Of a stretch of DNA of 64,000 bases, positions 17,917 to 43,634 are shown in pieces. This DNA is from Amoebidium appalachense. Lineage: Eukaryota > Protista > Ichthyosporea. The notes under the pieces are model-generated. The model searched no databases, had not been told where the DNA came from, and saw only the letters and a list, made by a program, of their open reading frames with translations. Made by a program: the position numbers and the translations under genes. The stretch lies in contig CAVNZM010000017.1 in the NCBI GenBank assembly GCA_963693365.1, forward strand, positions 4,826,708-4,890,707. The letters run 5' to 3'. Each line of letters starts with the position of its first letter. Position 1 is the stretch's first letter.

Positions 17917-18130
17917 GCACTCTACCACTATTTGCACTGGGTCACTGCTTGCACACTACCACTATTTGCACTGGGTCACTGCTTGCACTCTACCACTATT
18001 TGCACTGGGTCACTGCTTGCACTCTACCACTATTTGCACTGGGTCACTGCTTGCACTCTACCACTATTTGCATTGGGTCACTGCTTGCACTCGACCACTA
18101 TTTGCACCGGGTCACTGCTTGCACTCTACC
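17917..18130 (+). repeat. Minisatellite, ~6.3 x 34 bp (GCACTCTACCACTATTTGCACTGGGTCACTGCTT)
   Basis: Six near-perfect head-to-tail units with no spacers; each unit is a dimer of related 17-mers. Confidence 0.95.
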
Positions 18131-18421
18131 TATGTGCAACCCGAAGCTTCCGCACACCCATGTCTTGTATTCCATGCACACACTCATAAGGGAGGGAGGC
18201 AGGAGGGAGAGAGGGAGGGAGGGAGGGAGGGAAGGAGATAGGGAGGGAGGGAGAGATGGAGAGCGCGAGCGAGGGAGAAAGAGCAAAACTTGAGTGGGGC
18301 GAGATCTAGGGCCCAAGGTGGGGGGAGGGGGGGGGGGGGGGGGAGGGGGGGGATGGGGTGGGCGGGGGAAAGACCGGGACTGAGGGAAAGGGGTTGTGGT
18401 TGTTGTTGTTTGGAGGGCGGT

Positions 18422-18459
<38 letters not shown>

Positions 18460-18843
18460 AATACTTAATGGGGGTGATACTTGTTTTGAGGGCTGTTAAG
18501 TTTTAAGGAGAATTGCAGTGCTCAAGATGGTAACTTGTGTGTATGAATGTTGTCAAAAAAAAAGGAAAACAAGGAAGCATGAGAGCGGAAGAAGAAAGGG
18601 GAGGGGGGGGAGGGGGGGGGGGGGGGGGGGGGGGATTCAAAGAACTCAATCTGGGAGCGAGATATCGAAACTTTGATAACAATTAAGGTTCGTGATAGTA
18701 AAATACAGGGAGCCGAGTCACCATGTCGGGGGAGGGACTAGACTCTTCATCTTCCTCGCCCGGAGGGTAATTTATCTTCTATCAGACCCCCCCCCCCCCC
18801 CCCCCCCCCCTCTCCCCCCCCCCTCCCATTGGCCGCTACCCCG

Positions 18844-18883
<40 letters not shown>

Positions 18884-19285
18884 TCTCCCCTCCTCTTCTC
18901 CCTTCCTCCCTTCCTCCCTCCCCCGCCCCCTGTCTCGTTGGATCCTCAGTGGGATGTAGCCGTGGGTTTTTTTTTTTTTTTTTTTGGGGGGGGGGGGGGG
19001 GGGAGGGGGGGGGGGGGGGGGGTGAGGGAAAGGGGGGGGGGGGGGAAGGAGGGGGGGGATGGTAAGGGGAGGAGCCCCTTCCCCCCCTCACTCACTCACT
19101 CACCCCCACCTCCCCTCCCCCCACACCCAACTTGGGCCCCCCCTCCTCCTCCCCGCCGCTCCCTTTCCCCCTCCCCTCCCTTCCTCCCCCCCACCCCGCC
19201 TCTTATCCAACGTTTCGGAAAGGAAAGAAAGTGGATAGGGGGGGTGAGGAGGGGGGGGGGGGGGTCCATCTCTCTTCTTCTCCCG

Positions 19286-19318
<33 letters not shown>

Positions 19319-19504
19319 GTTCTCTACAGAGCTCTCTGTGTGTGTGTATATGTGGCGTGTGCGCGTGTGTGATGTTGGTGGTGGTGGTGGTGGGTGAGTG
19401 GGTGGGCGCACAGGGTCGGACCAGGGGGGGGGGCTAAGAATTTGTTACTGTATGTGTCAAAATACGTCGAATTCGAACACGACGGCCATCACCCTGCAAT
19501 ATGT

Positions 19505-19538
<34 letters not shown>

Positions 19539-19642
19539 CCCCAAGGAGTATGCATTACATATGTACCCTCTGCGCGGGTGTGTGGGTGTGTGCGTGTGTG
19601 GGTGGAGGGAGGGAGGGAGGGGGGGGGGGAGGGGGGAGGGGG

Positions 19643-19721
<79 letters not shown>

Positions 19722-20363
19722 CGGGAGAGGAAGGGGGGGAGATATTTCTTCAATGCACCGTAATGATGTGGGCTCGCGACAATATTCCATTAATTCGGTT
19801 CATATACTCATCAATAGCTAGAGATTTCAGGCCCGCTGAAAAAACAAAAAGAAAAGATTTCAGACCCGCTGAAAACAAAAACAAAAAGTAAAATTTACGC
19901 CCGTCTTTCCACTAATTTATATAAAATTAAAAGAAAGGAGGAAAAGAGAACAAAAAAATAGTTGCAACGGTTATATATCCAGTCGAACTTCTATCGATCG
20001 TTCCGGATTTTTTTAACAAATAGACTTATGTAAACAACACACGAGCATACAGTCACATACTCCTTCCGTTACTATTTGAAAGCAACTTCATTGCCGTTAA
20101 AATTTATCTTTATAAATTTAATACACAAGTGCATAAAATGGATATGTTAAATCAATGCAACATACAAACACACCATAAACAGAAATCGATTTAACCGTTC
20201 ACATGATGTCGGCTGGCGACACTAAATTTGGTGCATTTCCGGGTTAACCCATACTCTGCTAGTTGTTAGGTTAACACATTACGTGTATGTACTATGCACT
20301 ACAGCTTAGGTTCTGACTTTCTTCACCATTTTTTCCATATAATATCCTTATCCATTTCAATCC

Positions 20364-20394
<31 letters not shown>

Positions 20395-20820
20395 GCGCCC
20401 CCTCCCCCCCTCTCTCCGGCACTGCGGCGCCTACACCCACAACCACCTGTCCACCTATCCACCCACCCACCCACCAACACACACACACACCCCCACCCAC
20501 ACCCACACAAAACACACGCACGCACACACACACACACACACACACACCGTGATACCCCGCTAGCATCCATCCGGTAACATTTCAAAACTAACTAACGGAA
20601 CCCCCCCCCCCCCCCCCCCCCCCACCACACACACACACCAAAACCACCACCCACCCACCCAAAAGGGGTTTCCTTCTTATAACTAGTCAGACACAAGAAC
20701 ACACACAAACAAGCAATCACACAAATGTCACATACATTTCACATCACTCATATTGTTTTTCCACACCCCTTTCTTGCACAATGTTTTGTATCGGAACCGA
20801 AATTTCCTCAAAGTCGAAGT

Positions 20821-32946
<12,126 letters not shown>

Positions 32947-35138
32947 TTTGTGCAGCTACGAGCACAGTACCCTTGTGCCGTCTGAGCTCTTAAAAGATTT
33001 TAATCATAACTTTAAACTTTCAAACGCGTGGCCAAACCATGCTCGAGGGCAACCCAAAAACGGTCCGACTAATCATAGCGTTTGGATATTCGTCGATTAT
33101 CTATGTATTTTTGTCTAAGTTGTTAACAAGTCTCGGTGCCACTACTGTCTGGTCAGTGACGGGGGCCCGCAGGCCGCCAAATCTTCACTGGTCAGGCCCA
33201 AGTTGTAAACTCTGCGGGACACTCGGAGCAGAAGACTGGCTCGGTCTAGGAGTCTCTGGGCCTTGAGAAGAATGAATGAAGTGTGGGTTGCTGTCTGTTT
33301 CAACTCCCGCTGGCAAGCAGCAAGAAACACGTATACCGTTGGCAATGCTACTCCCTGCCAACAGCTGCCGGGAATACCGGAATCAAACATGCACACAATT
33401 TGCACATGTAATCGGTGAAGAAGATGCTACAGGGTTGGCCACCGTGGGCCAAGACTAAGTTACTGTAATGGACTCAATTGACGTTTTTTGTTGCACCGTG
33501 TACCCCCGCTCCCCAAAAAAGTAGAGAGAAAAAATTACAACGAATGCAAGCACATATTATATATCAACAATAAAATACAGCTCTTCAAAACCACAAAGTA
33601 CCATTGCATGACTCACGCAGGATCCAATAGTAAAGCTTGACTCGGGCAAAACACAAAACTGTGACTCGGCCGGGCCCGGCGTTTGTGCTCTGCGGACGGT
33701 CTCCGTTTCTCGAGAGCCGGCAGCGGCACTCTCACGCACGACAGGCACTGCCGGCAGCCGGGAGCCGGCCGGGATTAGCCAAATATTTTTAGGTAAAAGC
33801 TTGCACGATTGGACATCACCCTAAATATGCAAAAAATCTCTTTTGATAACATGATTGGTCGATGGCCACGGGGGATGCGCATTGCTACGCGTTGCCGCTT
33901 TGGGGCTCGGGAATGTATACGGGAATTCGGTATCATTATTCGTTTTCAGTGTGGGGCTGTATGCCAGGCCCATATTGGATTGGGAATAGCTGAAAACGTT
34001 TTTGTTGGTTTAGTGTTACCCCTGAACTCTTGGTCTCAATAATAAAATATATTTTTGTTGATTTATCTCAAACCATGGGGTCTTATACTGTTAATTTAGC
34101 TATAGCGCGGTCCGCGGACCTGTGGAAAGATCACCGCCCGGCCCAAGTTACCGTAAGGCCCAGGCTTCTTAGGTCCCGGGAATTGTAAAGTTTCCAACCC
34201 TGAAATAGGATCCAAAGGTTCCTCTGATTGGTTCCTAAAGTTTTTTTTTTCTTTTGGCTGCGGCCCGGGTACCATATCAGGAGCGGGCAATTTTTGAAAT
34301 CTCCCTCCCCGGCCCCGCCGGGGAAAATTTGAGGTTTTTGGACCTCAAAGAAGTCAAATCCTGCAAAATCCACTACCGGGAGGCCAAAAAGGGTGATTTT
34401 ACAAAAAAGGAGGGACATACATGAAAAAGAGAAAATGGGCGAGTTCAGTGGGCTGCCGATAAGTATATTTCGTGCTGGGCCGGTATACATGCTGCCGTGG
34501 TTGTTGCTGTAGACGGCAGTATGGCATCGCATGTGTCACGTGACCTGCACGTGAATGCGACCATGTGCAGGCACTGAGTCTAGGGGGATTTGTATGTGTG
34601 TTTTGGAGCACCGACAAGGCAGAGCCAGGGTGAGGGATGTGTAAACATGGAGTTTAGGGAGATCGTGCTGCTATTGTAACATGTGCACAAAACAGCCACG
34701 TGCACCGGCACACTCCGGTGTACAGAACAATAATATGCACATGCGTCACTGTAATATCATGTATGCGCATGCCGCACAAGGTTTAGGAGACCACCACAGT
34801 ATATACTATTTTCTTTTGGTTGATATCCATGTAGGAATGGTGTGTTGCAGTTGTCATGATCAGCCTGAGGCAGGCACGTGCACTCACTGAATCACTAGAA
34901 CTCATGAATAAAAAATACATTCGCTAAAAACGGCAAGGTAAATTTGGGGCCAAGCTATTATTTCCCCCTTTTAAACGTTTTTTTAGCTCCAAGAACTTCG
35001 ACGCCAAAATTTCTATATTTGGCCATCGTATATGATAATGAACACGTGTACTTAAATTAAAGTAGTTATATAAATATGAGCGGCCCGTTACAAATACAGT
35101 GACGAAAAACAGTGACCCACGAGCAGTTTTTCTTTCTA

Positions 35139-35192
<54 letters not shown>

Positions 35193-36512
35193 ACACACAC
35201 ACACCAGACACACACACCACCACCACGGTGACCACCACCACCACCACCACCACCACTCACCCCTTAAAAAAACCACACACATACGTGCACGTGTACACAC
35301 ACACACAGAACACCACCACCACCTCCACTGGACCCCATTTCCTCGTTGTTTTCTTAAGCCTTCAGACCAGTCCTGCACACTGGAGTTAAACAATTGAATT
35401 CACCTAGGCTGACATGCATCCACCCCCGCCTTCCACTTCCCCTCCCCCCACCCCCACCCCCCCACCCCCCCACCCCCACCCCCTCCCCCTCGATGAAGAA
35501 GGGCCCCCGTAAGCCTTGGGGGGGGGGGGGGAGGGGGGGGGAGAGGGGAAGGGGGGAGCTCTTGAGCCTCCGGGTAGGGAAGTGGGGTCCGGGGATCCGG
35601 AGAGGAGGGGGGGGGGGGGGGGGGGGAGAGGGGCATATAATATTGGGCCTAGATATCATAGTATGGGGCCCCGGACGGGGAGGGAGAGGTGGGGGGGGGG
35701 GGGGAGGATCCACGGGAAAGACCTTTAGGTGCATGTTCTTATTTATACCCCCTTCGAATCATCCCCCCTCTCCCCCCCCCTCCCCCCCCCCCTGAGTGCA
35801 GGCCGTGACGTAGCTACGATAACCCTGCAGAAGGCAACAAAAATGTATTAATTACTAGCACTATACATGTGTTCATAGTGCAGCTTGCACCACGTATGAT
35901 CTCAGCAACTTTAAAGTAGTCACAAAGTTTAGTTATTTTCATTATTTTCATTGCTCTGAACTCTATTACTCTGAAATGATCACCGTGCATGTGCCGCAAG
36001 ATAACAACCCTATATGTGTGCAGCTGCTGCCTGCAGGTTAGACTCGCTGAAAAGACAATTGTCAGTGTGCATCCGACGCTTGCAGCTGCAGCTAGCCTCT
36101 GCAACATTAATACTTGCCAAGTGAATGCTCTTACACTTGATCATCATTCACTCAAAAAACCGAGGACCGACAGATTAAATATTAATGTCGATCCGAATGA
36201 TCAGCAAGTGTCTATGCGTACTACTATATATACACACACGTAAAATGCGAAGCTATCAGTTACAAGGCACACCTGCTGCACTGGCACACATACACATACA
36301 CACCGGCAGATCGATGCTGTCAAAATTTACTTTCATGTACTTCGTAGGTCCGACACAGGTGCACATGAACACGTACATATGTACAAGCCGCGCACACACC
36401 ACACCACACATACACACACACACACACACACTCACACACACACACGCACACACGCACACACGCACACACGCACGCACGCACGCACACACACACACACACG
36501 CACGCACGCGCG

Positions 36513-36596
<84 letters not shown>

Positions 36597-36923
36597 GACA
36601 CACACACACACACACACATCACTGGGTGCGCTCGCTGGGGATTAGTTTTTTGGCACGCTGTTGACTTTATCGTGTGTTTATTATTTGCTATTTATTGGCC
36701 AGCGGCCAACATTTAAAAATATACTATATACCTAAAAATAGATACTGACTACGGCCAGCAGACATTATACACCTTCCAGGACACATTAACACCAATAGTC
36801 TAACACACCATACTCTCGATCACAAAGAATTCCTAACAAACAGAGAAAAGTGCAAAGGCTCTGTACTATTACTCAGATTCTAAATTTTAATTCTTTACAG
36901 TAAACTTCGGAATGAAAGCTAGC

Positions 36924-36955
<32 letters not shown>

Positions 36956-37041
36956 CCCCTAACATGACTGTACGAAGAACAGGTATAACTTGAAGCACTA
37001 CAACACATATGAGATCCGTTACATTGGTGTACATTCCAATA

Positions 37042-38707
37042 TTAGACACTAGTTTGGCTACTCTGACTACTCTGAGATCCTGATTGGCTGCCTGCAGACT
37101 TGCGGCCACGATTACTTTGCTTTCGATCGTGCCATTGCAGCTGCGTCTCTCCAGCAGGTGGCAACGCCAGGCCCAGCACAGCAGATGCACGAGAAGGGGG
37201 TGGGAACTGCCCACCAGCCGAGGGCTGGCCCACATGGCCCAAGTAAGGATGGGGACCGTGCTGCGGCAGTAGCCCAGGCATGGGGAAGGCAGGGCCGGGC
37301 TGAGGCGGCATGATGCCCCACGGTGGGGGCCAGCCATGTGGGTGGTGCGGGCCTGGATGGGGTGCAGGGGGCATGTGCGGCACATGGCCCTGCTGCATGT
37401 CAAGCGCGGGTGCTGGTGGCATGGCATCCTGATTGGCTGCAACCCAACGTGGGCAGCTCTTGGCCCGATTGGAGCCGGGGCAGCCCTTGCCCTGGCGGCC
37501 ACACGTCTTGCAGGTCTTGGGGGCTCTCTGGGGTGGCTGCATAGGAGGGGGCACCGGCAAATCCATCTGCAGGGGCCCCTCAGGGCCAATGTTGCGATGC
37601 TTTTTGCCCACTAGCATGGGCAAGGGCCGCTCACGCTGCGCCCCTGCATCGACACCGTCTGGAACAGGGAGGGGTGGCAAGGGGGCAGGCCGTATGGTTG
37701 CTGGCACAGCGTCTGCCCTCTCCTCGCGCATACGCTTGCGGTGATCTGCCAGGCCCTCGTGTGTGGAGCGCTGTGCATGTGCCGTCTGCCAGGTCTTCCA
37801 CTTGTCGAAATGCTTCTTGATGTAGGCCGCATCCTTCATGTAGATTCCCCCAGCCACAGAGGCAGCCTTGTTGAAGTCTTGGGCCAAAGCCTCGAACAGC
37901 TGGCCGTTGGGCTTTGCATGTGCCTTGTAGGTGCCCAGGAGCAGCGTGCTGAATAGCTTGCGCTCCTGAGGGGTAAGCACCGGAAGGAAGGGGATGGCCA
38001 CATGTTGCTTCTGCGCCAGGAACTTGTAGTCGCCCCTCAGTGCAGGGTCCGGCTGTGGTGCACCACGCGCCACCTGGTTGCCCCCCCCCCATGGCAGCAC
38101 CGTCACCCTCCTCGACCTCACAGTCCTCTGGCCCGCCCATCACGCCATTGGCTGCAGGCTCGATGTTATCAGACGGAGGTGGGGGTGCGGGCACCGCAAC
38201 TGGCTCCTGCGCCGGGGCATTGGCCACACAGGAGAGCGGGGCAAAGTTGAAGTACTCCTCCGGTAGCTTGTAGCAGCCTACGGGTACCCACTGGGGGTCG
38301 AGGTGATGGCCGTACAGCATCAGCGCCAGTGCCTCCATGTCGTCAACAATCCAGGGGCTGTAGTGGGGGGGCCCCGATGCCTGGCCCAGGCGGTTGCGGT
38401 AGTGTGCACGCAGGTTGTGGCGGTGGCGCCTATTGGACATGGTGGCGTCCAGCAGGCGCAGCGACATGCGTGTGGCCCCAAAGTGGGTGGCCAGGGGGTT
38501 GTGCACTGCCCCCTCCACCTCGTTGGTGCCCCGGATGCAGCGGTAGCGCATGAGCCCATCTGCGTCGGCAGTGGTCTCGTAGTAGAGGGGCAGGCCGGGG
38601 GGGTCCGACAGACAGCCATTTTGGGCGTGTTCGAGCAGCGACTGTGGGGGCACAAGCAAACATCAGAGAGATGGGTGGGTGGTGGTGGTGGTAGTGTGTG
38701 TGTATGT

Positions 38708-38759
<52 letters not shown>

Positions 38760-38835
38760 TGGGGTTGCTAAGGAAAAAAACGAGCAGGGAAAGGCAAAAA
38801 ACAACTGGCTAGGCAGCAAGGGCCGTGCGGGCAGT

Positions 38836-38910
<75 letters not shown>

Positions 38911-38914
38911 ATGT

Positions 38915-38949
<35 letters not shown>

Positions 38950-39486
38950 GGCTAGGGTGTGCGTGTGTGTGCAGATGAACCAAGGATGACAAATAAGCGA
39001 AGAATCTTTTCTGTGGTGGTGGAGTTGTTGGGCGCCTGCAGGGGGAGGGGGGGGGGGGGGGGATGTTGCCTCGAGTCTTTCAAAGCCATCCTTCTTGAAC
39101 AGAGGCTTGCCATCCGGTCCGGGCGGCACATCCTTGTAGGTGTTTTTGAACTCCACCAGCCGCGAGACCAGCGTGTATGGGTCGGGAATAACCCGCCGGA
39201 TGCGCTCCATGAAGTAGCTCAGGTCGCCGCCCTTGAGCTCGGTTTCAATGTCGATGCCCTTCTGCTCCAGCACCCCCTGTGAGGCAGGATGCCAATATTA
39301 ATTTACTACGCACACTGCAATTTGGGTTTGGTAGACTTTGATACCTGCCGTTATTGTAGGACCCCTCCCCTCCACCCCCCCCATCTTCTCCCCCAACACA
39401 AGTAAAAAATGCATGTGGCTCTTTCCCCCCACAACCCTACATTATTTCTCTCTAGGCATATGAATAACCCCCACTCTCCTCCCCCC

Positions 39487-39529
<43 letters not shown>

Positions 39530-40568
39530 CTGCCCCCCTCTCTCTGAGGCTCAGGCTCTCTCTCTTCCCTCAGAAGTTTTGTCGAAGGTGTGCATGGTTG
39601 TGGGTGGAATGGTGAGTGTGTGCTAACGAGTGTATGTGTGTGTGCGCGTCAGTCACGCATGTTGTTGTTGCCGTTTTTTTTATTTTTATTTTTTATTTTT
39701 TATTTTGGGGGGGGGGGAGGGGGGGGGGGGCACCTTCACATGTCCGTAATCCTCTTCATTCCACACAAATATTGCCTCGCTGAGTGCGCGTGCGTACTCA
39801 GCCCTGCGGGGGTGTGACTTGTACGTGCCGTCCGCCGTGTTTGCAATGGAGTGGAAGGCGTCATTCAGCACAGTCTGCCACACCACCTCCCCAGGCGGTG
39901 CCTGGCCCAACATGCCCTCTCTGGGAGCTGCCTCGGGTCCCCCTGGGGCTGCCTCAAGGCCCCCCGGGGCTGCCTGGGGGTCCTGGGGGGGTGCCTGTGG
40001 GCCGGCAAGGGGTTGCTGCTGCTCGGCAGGGGGAGGGGCTGGGTCAGGGACCACCGGCACCTCGGCACCTGGGTCCGGTGGGGGCTGAATGGGCCGTAGC
40101 CACTGCAGGTGCACCATCAGCTCAAAGGGCGGCGGGCCCAGCTCTCCCAGGGTCTTGCCCTTGTCGGGGCCAAAGGGCACCTGCATGGCCGGCGACAGCA
40201 CCTGATCCACCCGCACCACTGCATGCTTCTTGCCCACCTTCATGCCCCCCCAGCGCTCCGGCTGCACAGCCAGCACCACCCCGGTGGCTGCTGCAGCATG
40301 TGGGCCCCGCCGGGGCACAATCTCAACCCCTTCACCGAGTGCCTTTGCATGAAGCCGCGCTGCATGTCATAGAGGGAAGCAAAAAACTCAGCCAAAAAGC
40401 CACAGCACCAACGTTTTTCTCTTCGCTCCACAAAAATCAAATGCATATTCCTTAGCAACCCCCTTCCCCCCCCCCCCCCCCCCCCTTCTCCCCCCCCCCC
40501 CCCCCTCCCCCCCCCCCTCTCCCAGTGCCCAGCTTGTGTGGCACTTGCACGTGTTAACAGTGCTATAG

Positions 40569-40613
<45 letters not shown>

Positions 40614-41670
40614 ACCCCCCACCACCACCACCAATCACCCCCTCCTTTGATAGCCACCCGACACCCAGCATAACACAACTGGAACACTGGCCCATGTGGT
40701 CAGCCACCCCCCCCCCCCCCCCCCCCCCCCCTCCCTCCCCCTCCCCCTCTCCTCTGGGGGGCCCACAATCTTTCTATATCTGGCATAAGCACATAAGCAC
40801 TGGGGCAAAAAGCAGGTGGGATACACACCTGACAGGTTTGGCCTATCGACCACGGCCGAGTAGACCTGCAGGGACGCATATGCATCAAGGGCAGCGTAGG
40901 TGGCCTGCACCTCTGATAGCGGCTCGTGCCAGTTGGAGCATCGAACAAGTGCCGGCTTGGGCAGCTTCTTGCCTATGACCTGGGCAGTGATGTCGGCCAA
41001 GCCCCGGGCCGCAGAGGTGATAGCTGCACGGGCATAGCAGAACCGGCCCAGCTCCAGATAGCTGGCCACAGGGGTGCCGTAGTCCTTGTTGAGGTGGGCC
41101 GAGTCCGTGCCGATCTGCTTGCCCACCTTGATGATGCTGGGGTCCCTAAGCAGCGCAATCAGCTCGTCCACCAGCCGCGCGGGCGGGCTGTGGTTGGGGC
41201 CCATGCGTGCCAAGTGGAAGATGTACACGGCCCGTGCGGTGGCAATCTGCAGCGTGCAAACCTTGGACCGCGCCTGGCCCACCCGATAGACCCACTCGCA
41301 GTCCAGCCCCACCACGCGGTGCTGCTGCCCCTCCAGGTCGGCACGAATGGCCGCTGTAGCCACCACCGCCCCCTGGCAGTCGGTGTACACCGGCTTAGGG
41401 TAGTTGGCCGGCAGCTCCAGCCCAGGCAGACCGTCCGTCACGCTTACCAGCGCAGCCTCGTTCAGACGGACGGGGCATTTTGGCCGGGCTAGGGTTGGAA
41501 ACATGCGCTCAACAAACGCCCGGTCTTGGCAGCACCGATCTGTGTAGAAGAAGGCCGGGCCCTTGCTGTTGAGCGCCGCCGTGGTGGCAGAGATGCGCTG
41601 GATCACGGGCTCAATCTCCTGGTGGCTGCAGTCCCGTGTAAATACCTGCGCCCGGATCTCTGGGGTGACC
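37042..41670 (-). mobile_element. Putative DDE transposase (Mutator-like DxxH class, DUF6729-type family) with an inserted DEDDy 3'-5' exonuclease; exons at about 41670-40829, 40360-39734, 39277-39070, 38642-37042; N-terminus not found
   Basis: Ordered motifs EIRAQVFT, FFYTDRCCQD, exonuclease [VVGLDCEW, TLQIA, KVGKQIGTD, GLADIT, VRCSNW...YAALDA], VLNDAFH, RIRRVIPDP, KPLF, GCLSDPPGLPLYY, YRCIRGTNEVEGAVH, FLAQKQ...PVLTPQERKLF and CKTC...CPG...C. One frame break at the C10 run 38081-38090. The exonuclease call is firm; the transposase call is motif-based inference. Confidence 0.75.
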
Positions 41671-42453
41671 CGCTTCATCAACCTCTCGTGTTTAAAAAAG
41701 AGATAACCTATGAAATTACGAAACTGAAAAAAGAGTAGAAAATGTAAAGTTATCCGATGAGCCGACCACACCGGCCGGCTTCGGAAACGCCGCAAAACCG
41801 ATCGATCGATGCTCATGATGGCACAAGTAAAGTCTTTGTTGGTTGGTTTGCGGTCCTCTCCTGTAACCTATCAGGTTGAAGTATTGGGTTTCCTAGTACG
41901 GCACTCTGATTGGCTACAGGAGAACGGATAGACCTGCATGGATTAGTGATCGAGTGGAACACCTAGGTGTATGGCACCATCCAGTAGTATTGTGAGGTTA
42001 TAACAGGGTTTAAAACAAAGAGGTGTCTCTTTTATATATACTAAACTATGCGTCACGGCGATCTACAAACGTGATATACATTTTAAACCCATTTTATCTC
42101 AATCTTTAAAAGTGCTCTCTTCACGGCCTCTTCCCTTCCCCATCGTCTCTGCCCATTGCCGAGCGTTATGTGGAATGGCTGGCGACCCCACCGGAGGTAC
42201 GGCTAGATCATAGTGTGAATATGAATAGTTTTAAGTCTATGGCTGATAGATATCTTTTTACTCTACGTGTTGAGTCCCTTCCGGTGTTAGGAACACCAAC
42301 TACTAGTAGCCTATATGGCGGATACGGTTAGAGAGTCTCGTTCGTATATACATAGATTCGTTTATTCGTAATGTGGTGTGGTGTGAAAACGCAAAGATGA
42401 TTATGGATTGGCGGTGTAATCGGTTTCTGGTGTCTCCTGCTCGTATGTGTAAT

Positions 42454-42964
42454 GGTTCGATTCGTGTCAAAAGCCAGATTGCCAGATTGCCAGAATGCCA
42501 GAATTTTGATGGCATTCCAGAAAAGCTAGATTTCGGTCCGGTTCTTGTAGAGCTAAAATCTAGCTTTTTGGGTCAAGAAGGCACTTGCCATTTTGCGCGG
42601 TAATAGAATATCTTGGCTTATCTTAATGAACAATAATAGTTTATTTTGTTAAATGGGCATTTATTACCAAGTTTTATGCATTTTTGAAAAGCTATACTAA
42701 TAAGGCAAAACGCCTAGGATTGGATACGAACTTTATATGGTGCTGGCGTGGCCAATCGTAAGGCGCAGGGTCAATCTGGCAATCTGGAAGGGGGGGGGGG
42801 GGTCGCCAGATTCTGGAATCTGGAAGAGGGGTCAAATTGAATCTGGCCTTAAAATTTTGTTTAAATTTTACGTTCCGATTCGATTGATCGACGAATAACC
42901 ATTTTTGGCGAGGCGGTTTTTAATCTGGCAATCTGGCAATCTGGCTTTTGACACGAATCGAACC
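42454..42964. mobile_element. MITE, 511 bp, with 41-bp perfect TIRs and a 3-bp TSD (PIF/Harbinger-like)
   Basis: TIR GGTTCGATTCGTGTCAAAAGCCAGATTGCCAGATTGCCAGA at 42454-42494 and its exact reverse complement at 42924-42964. AAT lies on both flanks (42451-42453, 42965-42967). Confidence 0.9.
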
Positions 42965-43061
42965 AATATGTTCGGGGGGAGGTTTACTCGCGGCTGCATA
43001 TCTATCAATAAATGCAACCTGTTAGCTAACGTATATAACCGGAGGTTATTGGCGGTTTTAT

Positions 43062-43357
43062 TCTCTTTTCTTCCTCTCTTCCTCAATATATCCGTTTTAA
43101 GATGACTATCCTAGATCACCATTAATGCTGCACAGTATGATATTGTGATCCGGTGCCTTAACTTTCTTTCGGAGCTACCGATGCTAGCCTCTGCTTACCC
43201 ATAATATGTAATAGGGGTGTCATATACTACGATGGCGCTCATTGTTGCCTAGCATGTACATATGTCACTGGCTGCATTTGATTGGCTGCGCTGGAAAACG
43301 CAGTAGGCCGTCGAATGTGGCTGGGCCTCCGACGCAATAAAAAGTGTGTAAACCCCA
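43062..43357 (+). mobile_element. Dispersed ~300-bp element, copy 3
   Basis: Near-identical to the reverse complement of 4838-5153, with a 9-bp deletion near the 3' end. No TSD recognised. Confidence 0.8.
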
Positions 43358-43445
43358 TCTACCTATTGCCGGAAAACAGCTCAGTCCTTCCCTCCCCCCA
43401 TACCCCTCTTCTATCTCCTTAAACCCACTTCGGTCATGTTACCGG

Positions 43446-43599
43446 GCCATATCTGACGCCAAAAAAAAAAAAAAAAAAAAAGCGAGGGTATGCCAATGGA
43501 TAGCATTGAGATTGGGAAGCATGCTCATGGGCATACCCTCGCTTTTTTTTTCGACTGAGATTGGGAAGCATGCTCATGCTATCCGATGGCATACCCTCG

Positions 43600-43634
<35 letters not shown>

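Noticed and set aside
17917-18130. CRISPR-like 34-bp repeats
   Set aside because: Units are directly adjacent with no unique spacers, there are no cas genes, and the context is eukaryotic.
33520-34500. GC-rich, TE-like non-coding block
   Set aside because: No TIR, TSD, credible ORF or second copy could be demonstrated.
35800-42060. GCCGTGACG / CGTCACGGC as TIRs of the transposase element
   Set aside because: Only a 9-bp match with no TSD, which is compatible with chance.
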